Assembly: GCA_965223545.1 (NCBI GenBank)
Contig: OZ245006.1
Coordinates: 5,312,001-5,376,000, forward strand
Direction of reading: 5' to 3'
DNA: 64,000 bases
Origin: Planctomycetota bacterium
GTDB lineage: Bacteria > Planctomycetota > UBA1135 > UBA2386
Below the pieces are notes generated by a model. That model was given only the letters and a program-made list of their open reading frames with translations, did not search any database and was not told the origin of the DNA. Below, piece by piece: positions 27,226 through 36,158 of this stretch. Made by a program: the position numbers and the translations under genes. Positions within the stretch are counted from its first letter, which is position 1. Every line of letters begins with the position of its first letter.

Positions 27226-28992
27226 ATGGCGATGCGTGTCTTCCTGCTCTTCTCGATCCTGGTTCCGCTCCTCGCGTGCTCGCCACACGCGCAGGACGAG
27301 GCCGAGTCCGTCAGTCTGTCGGTGGATGAGATCTACGGCCGCGTGGCTTCGGTCAGGTCGGTCGAACTCGATCGGGATGTGACCGCGACGGTCGCGTATG
27401 GCCGCGGGCTGAGGCTGGACTGTGCGGCGAACGGGGTCGGGATCGCGGCCGTGGTGATCTGCTTCGCGGAGGATGGGCAGGTGTGGATCGCGGCGCGGGA
27501 TACCGACGGCTACGCGATCGAGCGCAGCAGCAGCCGGTATCGGAAGGTGGACGCGCTGCTCTACCAGCTCGGGCGCACGCCGGTGCTCGTGGTGGCGCGG
27601 TGGACTTGGTCCGAGGACGGCGCGGCGCTGACGATTCGGGTTTCGACGGATCTCGCGTTCAATGCCGAGCGGCGCGCGTGGGCGCGCGCGCGGAGAAGCG
27701 AGGGGGCGAACACGGCGATCCTCTTCCGCAACAGTGCGCCGGTGGCGGCGGCGGAGCTCTCGGAGGACGAGCGGGTTGCGGGGTTCTGCCGGCTGTGGAG
27801 CGAGGTGAAGTACAACTTCGCGTTCTTCGACCAAGTCCCGGAGCTCGACTGGGACTCGGTCTTGCTCGAGACGCTGCCCGCGGTGCGGGCGGCGCGCACC
27901 GCACCTGAGTACTACGCGGTTCTCGAACGGTGCGTCGCGCGGCTGCGCGACGGGCACACCAGTGTGTACGGGCCCGGCGTCGGGGTGCGCGGCGATGCTC
28001 GTCTGCCGCTGACGCTCGCGTTCGACTCCGAGGGAAAGCTGCGTATCGACCGCGTCGTGGCCCTCGAGGATGTGAAGGGCGAGGAGATGCGCGGTGAGAT
28101 CGAGGCCGCGGCGCTGCGGCGCGGCGCGGTGATCACGCATTGGGACGGCCGTCCGGTCGAGCAGCTGCTCGACGACGAGGTGCGCCCGCGGATCTGCGCC
28201 TCGACACCGCAGAGTCGGGACGTCGAGGCAGCCATTCGCCTCTCGGCCGGGGAGTACGGATCGCGCGTGGCGCTGCGCGTCCTCGATGTGGGCGCGGAAA
28301 CTGCCCGCGAAGTGGTCTTGCGGCGAGCGCGCTATCCGGTGGCGCGCAGCGGCACCGATCGGTTCGTCGTTCGCGAGCTCGAGCGCGGCGTGCTCTACGT
28401 CAACCTGCCATCGTTCGGTTCGCGGCAGGTGGTCGAGCAGTTCGAGCAAGAGCTGCCCCGCATCCGCGCGGCCCGGGCTCTGATCCTGGATGTGCGCGCC
28501 AACGGTGGTGGCAACTCCAGCCACGGTTGGAGCATCGTCAGCCACTTGATCGACGCGCCGATCCCGACCACCGCGTGGCGGACGCGGATGCACCGGCCGG
28601 CCTTTCGCGCGTGGGGTCGCGCGCCGGAGTGGCACCGCGGGGAGCCCGGGCGCATCCAAGCAGCGAGCGACCCCTTTCTCGGTCCAGTCGCCGTGCTGAC
28701 CGGTCCGCGGACGTTCAGCGCGGCCGAGGACTTCGTCGCCGTGCTCCACGCCGCCGCGCGCGCGACCGTCGTCGGTCGCCCGACCGCGGGTTCGACCGGC
28801 CAGCCGATGCGGATCGAGCTTCCCGGGGGTGGCGGTGCGCGCATCTGTACGAAGCGGGACGCCTACCCCGACGGTCGTGAGTTCGTCGGTGTCGGTATCC
28901 TTCCCGACGTTGTCGTCGACCCACTGCTCACGCCCGAGCGCGACGACCCGGAGCTCGCCCGCGCGCTGCGGGTCGTCCTCGCGGCGCTATAG
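27226..28992 (+). CDS. S41-family peptidase, secreted
   Basis: Signal peptide; LRDGHT, LILDVRANGGG, TFSAAEDF, VGRPTAGSTG, GILPDV. Confidence 0.9.
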   Translation: MAMRVFLLFSILVPLLACSPHAQDEAESVSLSVDEIYGRVASVRSVELDRDVTATVAYGRGLRLDCAANGVGIAAVVICFAEDGQVWIAARDTDGYAIERSSSRYRKVDALLYQLGRTPVLVVARWTWSEDGAALTIRVSTDLAFNAERRAWARARRSEGANTAILFRNSAPVAAAELSEDERVAGFCRLWSEVKYNFAFFDQVPELDWDSVLLETLPAVRAARTAPEYYAVLERCVARLRDGHTSVYGPGVGVRGDARLPLTLAFDSEGKLRIDRVVALEDVKGEEMRGEIEAAALRRGAVITHWDGRPVEQLLDDEVRPRICASTPQSRDVEAAIRLSAGEYGSRVALRVLDVGAETAREVVLRRARYPVARSGTDRFVVRELERGVLYVNLPSFGSRQVVEQFEQELPRIRAARALILDVRANGGGNSSHGWSIVSHLIDAPIPTTAWRTRMHRPAFRAWGRAPEWHRGEPGRIQAASDPFLGPVAVLTGPRTFSAAEDFVAVLHAAARATVVGRPTAGSTGQPMRIELPGGGGARICTKRDAYPDGREFVGVGILPDVVVDPLLTPERDDPELARALRVVLAAL

Positions 28993-28996
28993 TGGT

Positions 28997-29139
28997 GGAC
29001 GCTGGTCGGCAAGCTTGCCGATCCTCGACTTGGCTGGTGCTCCAGAACGTCCCCGTCCTCGTGCAGGCCGTGTTGGACCCAACGCGCTTCGCCTCGCGCC
29101 GATCTCATGCCGCCCGTGCTCCTTACGCCCGGCCGATGA
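28997..29139 (+). pseudogene. Eroded 3' end of an ELWxxDGT-gene paralog
   Basis: Aligns at DNA level with ~32253-32396 (GGACGCTGGTCGGC..GTCCTCGTGCAGGCCGTGTT..CGCGCCGATCTCA..GGCCG-stop) with indels. Confidence 0.8.
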
Positions 29140-29315
29140 GTCTGCCGGGACCGCCCGAGTTCGGTTGAGCGCATCTCGGCATGACGGCAGGTTCGCCAGG
29201 ATCTGTGAGACAGTGCCATCCAGCCAACACATGGGGACACCACGGGTCTGCTTCTCATCGCCTCACTGCTCGGTGCAGTTCGTCCGCGAAGCGAGAACAA
29301 GGATCGGAGGTGCCC

Positions 29316-32300
29316 ATGCTTGCCAACCAATCGTCTCCGTTCGGGTGTCGTTTCGCTCGAGTTCTGCTCGCGCTCGGGTTGAGTGGGTGCCCACTCGCAG
29401 GTCAAGTCGGTCCTCGGGTTCTGCTCGACCTCAACCCCGTCCCGGTTGGCGTCCAGAGGTCGTCGGCGCCCGCAGAGTTCGCTTCGTTGGGTAGTTGGGC
29501 CTATTTCAGGGCGCGCAACCCGGGCCTCGGGACCGAGCTCTACCGCACTCTCGGCGTGCCGGGAAGCACGGTGTTGGCGGGAGACCTGGTGCCGGGAAGC
29601 GGCAGCTCGTCACCCAGCTCGTTGACGGTCGTGGGCTCGCGGCTGTACTTCGCGGCAGGTTCCGGCCAAGGCAACGAGCTCTGGAGCACGGATGGGCAGT
29701 CCACTCCCGTGATCGTCGCTGACATTCACCCCGGCCCGAGTTCGAGCCGCCCAGCCAACCTGGCTCGTGCGGGGGGTGCGTTGTTCTTCTCCGCCGACGA
29801 TGGCGTGAGTGGGAGAGAGCTGTGGCGGTCGGATGGGACGTCTCGCGGGACATGGCTCGTGCGAGACATCGCGCGTGGGTCCCTTGGCTCGGACCCCGCT
29901 CCCCTCGCCGAGCTCGGGGGGAAGCTGATGTTCTATGCGACGACGGGTTCGCTTGGCCGAGAGCTCTGGGTGTCTGACGGCACCGCGCGGGGTACGTCGC
30001 TCGTCCGTGACATTCGCCCGGGACCGGCGACATCGACACCGGTCATTGGCAATGCTGTCGTCCTCGGCAGCCGGATGCTGTTCGTGGCCAACGACGGTGC
30101 TGCCGGCTCGGAACTGTGGCACACGGATGGAACCACGGCCGGAACGTCGCTCGTGCGCGACATCAACCCGGGAGCCGGATCGTCGTCGAACCCGACGGAC
30201 TTGGCGGTGGTCGGCCGCCACGTCTTCTTCACTGCGAGTGATGGAGTGAACGGTCGTGAGCTATGGCGGACGGATGGGACCGCGATGGGCACCGTGATGG
30301 TGGCCGACTTGGTGCCGGGCAAGGGCGGCTCCACCCCCTCGTCGCTAGTGGCGCTCGGCGCCTCGGTTCTGTTCGTCGCGCGGGAGGCCAGCACCGGCAC
30401 CGAGTTGTGGATCAGCGACGGGACCGCCGCCGGGACACGGTTGGTGGTCGACTTGGCCCCAGGGGTTGCTGGCTCCGCGCCGAGTTCGCTGACCGTTGTC
30501 GGCAACCTCGCGTTCTTCCGAGCCGACGACAGGTCGGGTCAGGGCCAGGAGATGTGGGTGACCGATGGCACTGCTCGAGGGACCACTTCGCTCGGCGACC
30601 TCCACCCCGGCCAGAGATCCTCGACGCCCGACCAGTTGCATGCGCACGGTCAGTTTCTCCTCTTCGCAGCGCAGGACGGAGTCGCGGGCCTCGAGCCTTG
30701 GGCGTCGGATGGAACGGCGATGGGTACGAGGCAGATCGCAGACCTCTCCACCGCTGGTTCCGCGAGCTCCATGGTGACCTCCGCGGTCGCACTGAATGGT
30801 CGAACCTACTTCGGGGCCGACGATGGGGCCACCGGTTCCGAGCTGTGGACGACGGATGGCACCGCGGCCGGCACGGTGCTCGTGCGGGACATCAGCCCCG
30901 GTAGCGCCGGGTCGCGACCCGCGTCGCTCGTGCGCGTCGACGATGTCTTGTTCTTCAGTGCGCTCGATCCCGTCGTTGGCCGTGAGCTGTGGGTCAGCGA
31001 CGGAATCGGTGCCGGGACTCGGTTGGTGGCCGACCTGGTGCCGGGTAGTGCCGGGGCCAGCCCGACGAACCTGCTCGCATTGCGCGGGCGTCTTTTGTTC
31101 AGTGGAGAGACTCCGGCGAGCGGCCGCGAGCTTTGGGTCAGCGACGGCACGGCGATCGGTACGCAGCTTCTCGCCGATGTCTACCCGGGATCGGGCAGCA
31201 GTGTCCCGAGCGAGCTCGCTGCGATCGGAGACCTGGTGTACTTCGCCGCGAGCACGCCGGCCGAGGGCACCGAGGCCTGGGTCAGTGATGGGACCCCGGG
31301 GGGCACGGCTCTACTCCGGGACGTGCTTTCGGGCCCATACGGTTCTGCTCCCGCTGGGTTCACTCGTGCGGGACGCTGGGTCGTGTTTGCGGCGCACGAT
31401 CTCGCCAGTGGTCGAGAGCTATGGAGGACCGACGGTAGCGCTGCCGGTACGACGCGGGTCGCCGACCTCGTCCCCGGGTTCTTCTCGAGCTCGCCCGAGT
31501 CGATCGTGCGCATGGGGGACCGCGCGGTTTTCACCGCAACGGTCCCCCTCGGTGATCGGGAGCTGTGGATCACCGATGGAACCGCCGCCGGGACCTCGCG
31601 CGTCGCCGATATCCGGCCGGGTCTGGTGGGAAGTGATCCCGCGATGCTGACCCGGTTGGGTCATCGCGTCGTGTTCGTTGCGGACGATGGGGTCTCCGGC
31701 GCCGAGTTGTGGATCTCGGATGGCACCGCTGCCGGAACTCGATTGGTGTCGGATATCAACCCCGGAGTCGCGGGCGCCGGTATCGCGAACCTGACCGCGA
31801 TCGGCGAGCGATGGGTCTACTTCTCGGCGCACGACGCGAGGGGTGATCGAGAGTTGTGGATCTCCGACGGGAGTGCTGCCGGGACCAGGAAGTTCGATCT
31901 CTTGCCGCTCGGATCGTCTGCGCCGCGCGAATTCGTCCTGGCCGGCGATCACGTGTTCTTCAGTGCGACGGACGCCAACTTCGGCGACGAACCGTTCGTG
32001 CACGCCGTCTCCGGCACGGCGCAGATTCTGCCGAGCTCATGTGGCGCCAGCGGCCGTTCACCAACGCTCTATGCGACTCCGCCAATCCTCGGCAAGACGC
32101 TCTCGCTCACCGGACACGACACGGTTGCGAACGGCGCGGGAGCCGTCCTCATCTCCGCGCCGGGTCCCACCATCACGCTGGCCGGTGGCTGTTCGACGCG
32201 GCTGCATCCCCTGACCATGGCGGTCGTGGCGACGCCGTCGACGGACATCGCCGGACGCTGGTCGGCGAGCTTGGCGATCCCCAACTTGGCTGTGCTCCAG

Positions 32301-32396
32301 AGCGTCCCGGTCCTCGTGCAGGCCGTGTTTGGGCCCAGCACGGCCCCGCCCCGCGCCGATCTCACGCCCCCCGTCCTGCTCATCCTGGGCCGCTGA
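29316..32396 (+). CDS. Secreted ELWxxDGT-repeat (beta-propeller-like) protein, copy 1
   Basis: GGAGG RBS; signal peptide ending LAG-Q; about 16 E-x-W-x-x-D-G repeats; two-Cys C-terminal domain. Confidence 0.92.
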   Translation: MLANQSSPFGCRFARVLLALGLSGCPLAGQVGPRVLLDLNPVPVGVQRSSAPAEFASLGSWAYFRARNPGLGTELYRTLGVPGSTVLAGDLVPGSGSSSPSSLTVVGSRLYFAAGSGQGNELWSTDGQSTPVIVADIHPGPSSSRPANLARAGGALFFSADDGVSGRELWRSDGTSRGTWLVRDIARGSLGSDPAPLAELGGKLMFYATTGSLGRELWVSDGTARGTSLVRDIRPGPATSTPVIGNAVVLGSRMLFVANDGAAGSELWHTDGTTAGTSLVRDINPGAGSSSNPTDLAVVGRHVFFTASDGVNGRELWRTDGTAMGTVMVADLVPGKGGSTPSSLVALGASVLFVAREASTGTELWISDGTAAGTRLVVDLAPGVAGSAPSSLTVVGNLAFFRADDRSGQGQEMWVTDGTARGTTSLGDLHPGQRSSTPDQLHAHGQFLLFAAQDGVAGLEPWASDGTAMGTRQIADLSTAGSASSMVTSAVALNGRTYFGADDGATGSELWTTDGTAAGTVLVRDISPGSAGSRPASLVRVDDVLFFSALDPVVGRELWVSDGIGAGTRLVADLVPGSAGASPTNLLALRGRLLFSGETPASGRELWVSDGTAIGTQLLADVYPGSGSSVPSELAAIGDLVYFAASTPAEGTEAWVSDGTPGGTALLRDVLSGPYGSAPAGFTRAGRWVVFAAHDLASGRELWRTDGSAAGTTRVADLVPGFFSSSPESIVRMGDRAVFTATVPLGDRELWITDGTAAGTSRVADIRPGLVGSDPAMLTRLGHRVVFVADDGVSGAELWISDGTAAGTRLVSDINPGVAGAGIANLTAIGERWVYFSAHDARGDRELWISDGSAAGTRKFDLLPLGSSAPREFVLAGDHVFFSATDANFGDEPFVHAVSGTAQILPSSCGASGRSPTLYATPPILGKTLSLTGHDTVANGAGAVLISAPGPTITLAGGCSTRLHPLTMAVVATPSTDIAGRWSASLAIPNLAVLQSVPVLVQAVFGPSTAPPRADLTPPVLLILGR

Positions 32397-32506
32397 CCGA
32401 AGCTCGTCGATGGCGACGGGTTCGCTGCTGGTCGCGCTACAGATCGTCCTCGAAGCGCTATAATGGCGCCGTTCCGCACGACGCGGAACGGAACGAGGAG
32501 TTGCCC

Positions 32507-32881
32507 ATGCCCACAGACCTCCCGATCGTTCCCGATCGTTGGCTCCCACGCGCGGTTCTCGCGCTCGGATTCTGGTCGTCCGCGCTCACCGCGCAAGTTC
32601 CCCCCAAGCTCCTGCTCGACCTCTATCGCACGCTCGGCACGCCTGGGAGCACGGTCCTCGCCGCAGACTTGGTGCCCGGCATGAACAGCTCGTCGCCGAG
32701 GGCATTGATTGCGGCCGGCTCGCAATTGTTCTTCCTTGTCGATCACCCACAGTACGGAGTCGAGCTGTGGGCGACGGATGGGCAGTCCACTCCGACGATG
32801 CTCCCGCTGTCGCCCACGTTCCGAGTTTGTCGCCAACAGTCGCGCGCCATGCCGAGCGACGCATTGACTCGTTGCCCGTGA
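32507..32881 (+). pseudogene. Truncated 5' fragment of an ELWxxDGT paralog
   Basis: GAGGAG RBS, signal peptide, QVPPKLLLDL-YRTLG (108-bp in-frame deletion relative to copy 1) and one ELWATDG; homology ends near 32800. Confidence 0.8.
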
Positions 32882-35800
32882 ATGCCTCGTCTGCGCCTCG
32901 CCGCGTCCTGGTCCAAGCGCTTCTCGCGCTCGGTGTCGCTGAGTGCCCGCTCAGCGGGCAAGTCGCTCCCCGGCTCTTGCTCGACCTGAACCAATCTCCT
33001 GTCGGCGTTCCGGGGTCGTCGTCACCGGCTGACTTCGCGCAGCTGGGAAGCTGGGTCTTTTTCCGGGCGCACAACCCGCTCGTTGGCGACGAGCTGTACA
33101 GAACTCTCGGTGTGTCCGGAAGCTCGGTCTTGGCGGCAGACCTCGATCCTGGAGTGGGCAGTTCCTCACCGATCTCTCTGACAGTTTCCGGTGCACGGCT
33201 GTACCTCGCGGCGACTTCTCCGCAGAACGGCAACGAGCTCTGGAGTACGGATGGGCAATCGGCTCCGGCAGTCGTTTCCGATATCTACGTCGGCTCGGGC
33301 TCGAGCCAACCGGCGGATCTGATCTCTGCGGGCGGCGCGTTGTTCTTCTCCGCGGACGACGGTGTCAGCGGCAGAGAGCTGTGGAGATCGGACGGCACGG
33401 CACAGGGGACCTGGCTGGTGCGCGACATTGGCCGCGGTTCACTCGATTCGGATCCCAGCCCGCTCGGCGAGCTCGGCGGAAGGCTGCTCTTCTACGCGTT
33501 TTCGAGTGCGACCGGCAACGAGCTTTGGACTTCTGATGGCACCGCGAGGGGGACGTCGCTCGTCCGTGATATCAATCCCGGCACTGCCTCGTCGAACGGC
33601 GGCGATGCCGCCGCCCTGGGCAGCTTGCTTTTGTTCTCCGCCGACGATGGCTCCGCTGGTCGCGAGCTGTGGGGCTCTGACGGCACGACCGCCGGCACGT
33701 TCTTGGTGCGCGACATCCGTCCCGGAATAGGGTCTTCGTCGAGCCCTGCGGGTCTGACACGGGTCGGCAATCGCGTGTTCTTCAGTGCCTTTGATGGGGT
33801 GAGCGGGCGTGAGCTGTGGTCTACGGACGGTACCGCTGCGGGTACGAGCATGGTTGCCGACATCGCTCCTGGAACTTCCCATTCCAACCCCGCGTGGTTC
33901 GCTGCCCTGAACACGTCGGTGCTGTTCGCCGCGTGGGGAGCCTCTACTGGCAACGAGCTGTGGATCAGCGACGGAACTGCCGCTGGGACCCGGATGGTGG
34001 TCGATCTGAGACCGGGAACCGTCAGTTCGCGCCCGACGCGAATGACCACGGTGGGAAACCGCGTGTTCTTCCGAGCAGATAGTGGCGCCGGCCAGGGGGG
34101 AGAGTTGTGGGTGACCGACGGCACGGCTGCCGGCACGGTTTCTCTCGGTGATCTGCGCCCTGGCGCTACGTCGTCTTCGCCCGACAATCTTTTCGCGTAC
34201 GGTCAGCGTCTTCTGTTTTCCGCCAATGACGGCGTGAGCGGCACCGAGCTTTGGGGATCAGACGGCACCGCCGCGGGAACGAATCAGGTCGATGACCTTT
34301 CCACCGTCGGGACCGCGAGTGCGCGGATCTCCGACGCGGTCGCTTTGCACGGCCGAACCTACTTCAGCGCCGACGATGGTGTGGTCGGCTCCGAGCTGTG
34401 GGCGACGGATGGAACCGCAGCCGGAACGACGCTGGTGCGGGACATCGTTGTGGGCAGTGGTGGAGCGAGTCCCAGCTCCTTCACGCGCGTCGACGACGTG
34501 TTCTACTTCGCCTCGTCCGATCCGCTCCTCGGCCCAGAGCTCTGGGTCAGCGACGGGACCGGGGCCGGGACTCGGTTGGTCGCCGACCTGGTGCCGGGAT
34601 CCGGTGGGGCGCGGCCAACCGATCTCGTTGCTTTGCGCAGCCGTGTGCTGTTCAGCGGAACGACACCGGGAGCCGGCAGGGAGCTGTGGATCAGCGACGG
34701 CACTGCGGTCGGTACCCAGATGCTGGGCGATTTGAACCCGGGCCCGGGCGACAGTGTGCCCAGCGGGTTGGCGGCCATTGGCGGCTTGGTGTACTTCGTC
34801 GCGACCACGCCTACAGGGGGGGGCGAGCCTTGGGTCACCGACGGCACTCCGGCGGGCACGGTCCCCCTGCTCGACATCTTGGCTGGTTCGGGGAGTTCTG
34901 CGCCCGATGGGTTCACGCGGGCCGGGCGCTGGGTCGTGTTCGCCGCGCACGACCTTGTCGGCGGCCGAGAGCTCTGGCGGACCGACGGCACGGTGGCGGG
35001 TACGACCCGGGTCGTGGACCTGGTTGCCGGTTTCTTCTCCAGTTCACCGCAATCGATCGTCCGCGTCGGTGAACGCGCGTTCTTCACCGCAACGGTGCCG
35101 CTCGGAGATCGAGAGCTTTGGATCACGGACGGGACTGCGGCAGGAACCTCGCGGGTCGCCGACATTCGTCCTGGGCCCAGCGGCAGCAACCCGGCCAAGC
35201 TGGTGCGACTGGGCAGTCGCGTGGTGTTTGTCGCCGACGACGGTGTCTCCGGCGCCGAGCTGTGGGTTTCCGACGGCACTGCTGCTGGCACTCGCATGGT
35301 CTTGGATATCAACCCCGGCGTCGCGGGCTCTGGGATCGGAGGGTTGACTCCGATCGGCGAGCGGTGGGTCTACTTCACTGCGACGGATGCCAGCGGCGAG
35401 AGTGAGCTCTGGATTTCCGACGGCACGGCGGCCGGCACCACGACGTACGATCTCTCCACGTTGGGGTCCTCGCGTCCGCGTGGTTTTGTCCCAGCTGGTG
35501 ACTACGTCTTCTTCAGTGCACAAGACGCCGCCTTCGGCGACGAACCGTTCGTGCACGACGTCTCCGGCACCGCGCAGGTCCTGCCGAGCTCGTGTGCCGT
35601 CAATGGTCGCGCGCCGACGCTGTACGCGACGCCACCGATTCTAGGGTCCATCGTCGCGATCGCAGGGCATGACACCGTCGCAAGCGGGGGAGGAGTGCTC
35701 CTCCTCTCCGCGCCGAGCCGCGCCATCACGCTGGCGGGCGGTTGCTCCGTGCGGCTCGACCCCGCCACCATGGCCGTGGTGGCGATGCCGACCACCGACC

Positions 35801-35949
35801 CCGCCGGTCGCTGGTCGGCGATGCTGCCGATCCCCAACCTATCGATCCTGCAAACGGTGCCGGTGCTCTTGCAGGCCGCATTCGGGCCCAGCACGGCGCC
35901 GCCGGGCGCCGACCTGACCCCGCCCGTCCTCCTCACCCTGGGCCGCTAG
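32878..35949 (+). CDS. Secreted ELWxxDGT-repeat protein, copy 2
   Basis: Collinear with copy 1; GTG start inferred from the signal peptide ending LSG-Q. Confidence 0.9.
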   Translation: MNASSAPRRVLVQALLALGVAECPLSGQVAPRLLLDLNQSPVGVPGSSSPADFAQLGSWVFFRAHNPLVGDELYRTLGVSGSSVLAADLDPGVGSSSPISLTVSGARLYLAATSPQNGNELWSTDGQSAPAVVSDIYVGSGSSQPADLISAGGALFFSADDGVSGRELWRSDGTAQGTWLVRDIGRGSLDSDPSPLGELGGRLLFYAFSSATGNELWTSDGTARGTSLVRDINPGTASSNGGDAAALGSLLLFSADDGSAGRELWGSDGTTAGTFLVRDIRPGIGSSSSPAGLTRVGNRVFFSAFDGVSGRELWSTDGTAAGTSMVADIAPGTSHSNPAWFAALNTSVLFAAWGASTGNELWISDGTAAGTRMVVDLRPGTVSSRPTRMTTVGNRVFFRADSGAGQGGELWVTDGTAAGTVSLGDLRPGATSSSPDNLFAYGQRLLFSANDGVSGTELWGSDGTAAGTNQVDDLSTVGTASARISDAVALHGRTYFSADDGVVGSELWATDGTAAGTTLVRDIVVGSGGASPSSFTRVDDVFYFASSDPLLGPELWVSDGTGAGTRLVADLVPGSGGARPTDLVALRSRVLFSGTTPGAGRELWISDGTAVGTQMLGDLNPGPGDSVPSGLAAIGGLVYFVATTPTGGGEPWVTDGTPAGTVPLLDILAGSGSSAPDGFTRAGRWVVFAAHDLVGGRELWRTDGTVAGTTRVVDLVAGFFSSSPQSIVRVGERAFFTATVPLGDRELWITDGTAAGTSRVADIRPGPSGSNPAKLVRLGSRVVFVADDGVSGAELWVSDGTAAGTRMVLDINPGVAGSGIGGLTPIGERWVYFTATDASGESELWISDGTAAGTTTYDLSTLGSSRPRGFVPAGDYVFFSAQDAAFGDEPFVHDVSGTAQVLPSSCAVNGRAPTLYATPPILGSIVAIAGHDTVASGGGVLLLSAPSRAITLAGGCSVRLDPATMAVVAMPTTDPAGRWSAMLPIPNLSILQTVPVLLQAAFGPSTAPPGADLTPPVLLTLGR

Positions 35950-36110
35950 CAGGCCGTTGAGAACGTGCTTCGTCTCGCAACCCGGTGATTCTCGATGCGG
36001 GTCGGTGCGCGAGAACGCAGGCGAACCAGTGGATTCGGCGAGGCTTTCGCGTGCCGAGCCGCGCGGGCAGCGCCGGGTTGTGGGGCGAATCACCTTTTCA
36101 ACCGCCTGCT
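35948..36110. mobile_element. Possible MITE / IS-end remnant (163 bp)
   Basis: Imperfect terminal IRs AGCAGGCCGTTGAGAA / TTTTCAACCGCCTGCT (14 of 16); left end sits in CTAG; no coding capacity. Confidence 0.5.
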
Positions 36111-36158
36111 GATCGAACCAAGCTGGTTTTTCTCGCAACGCGCGCCGCGGAGCGGCAC

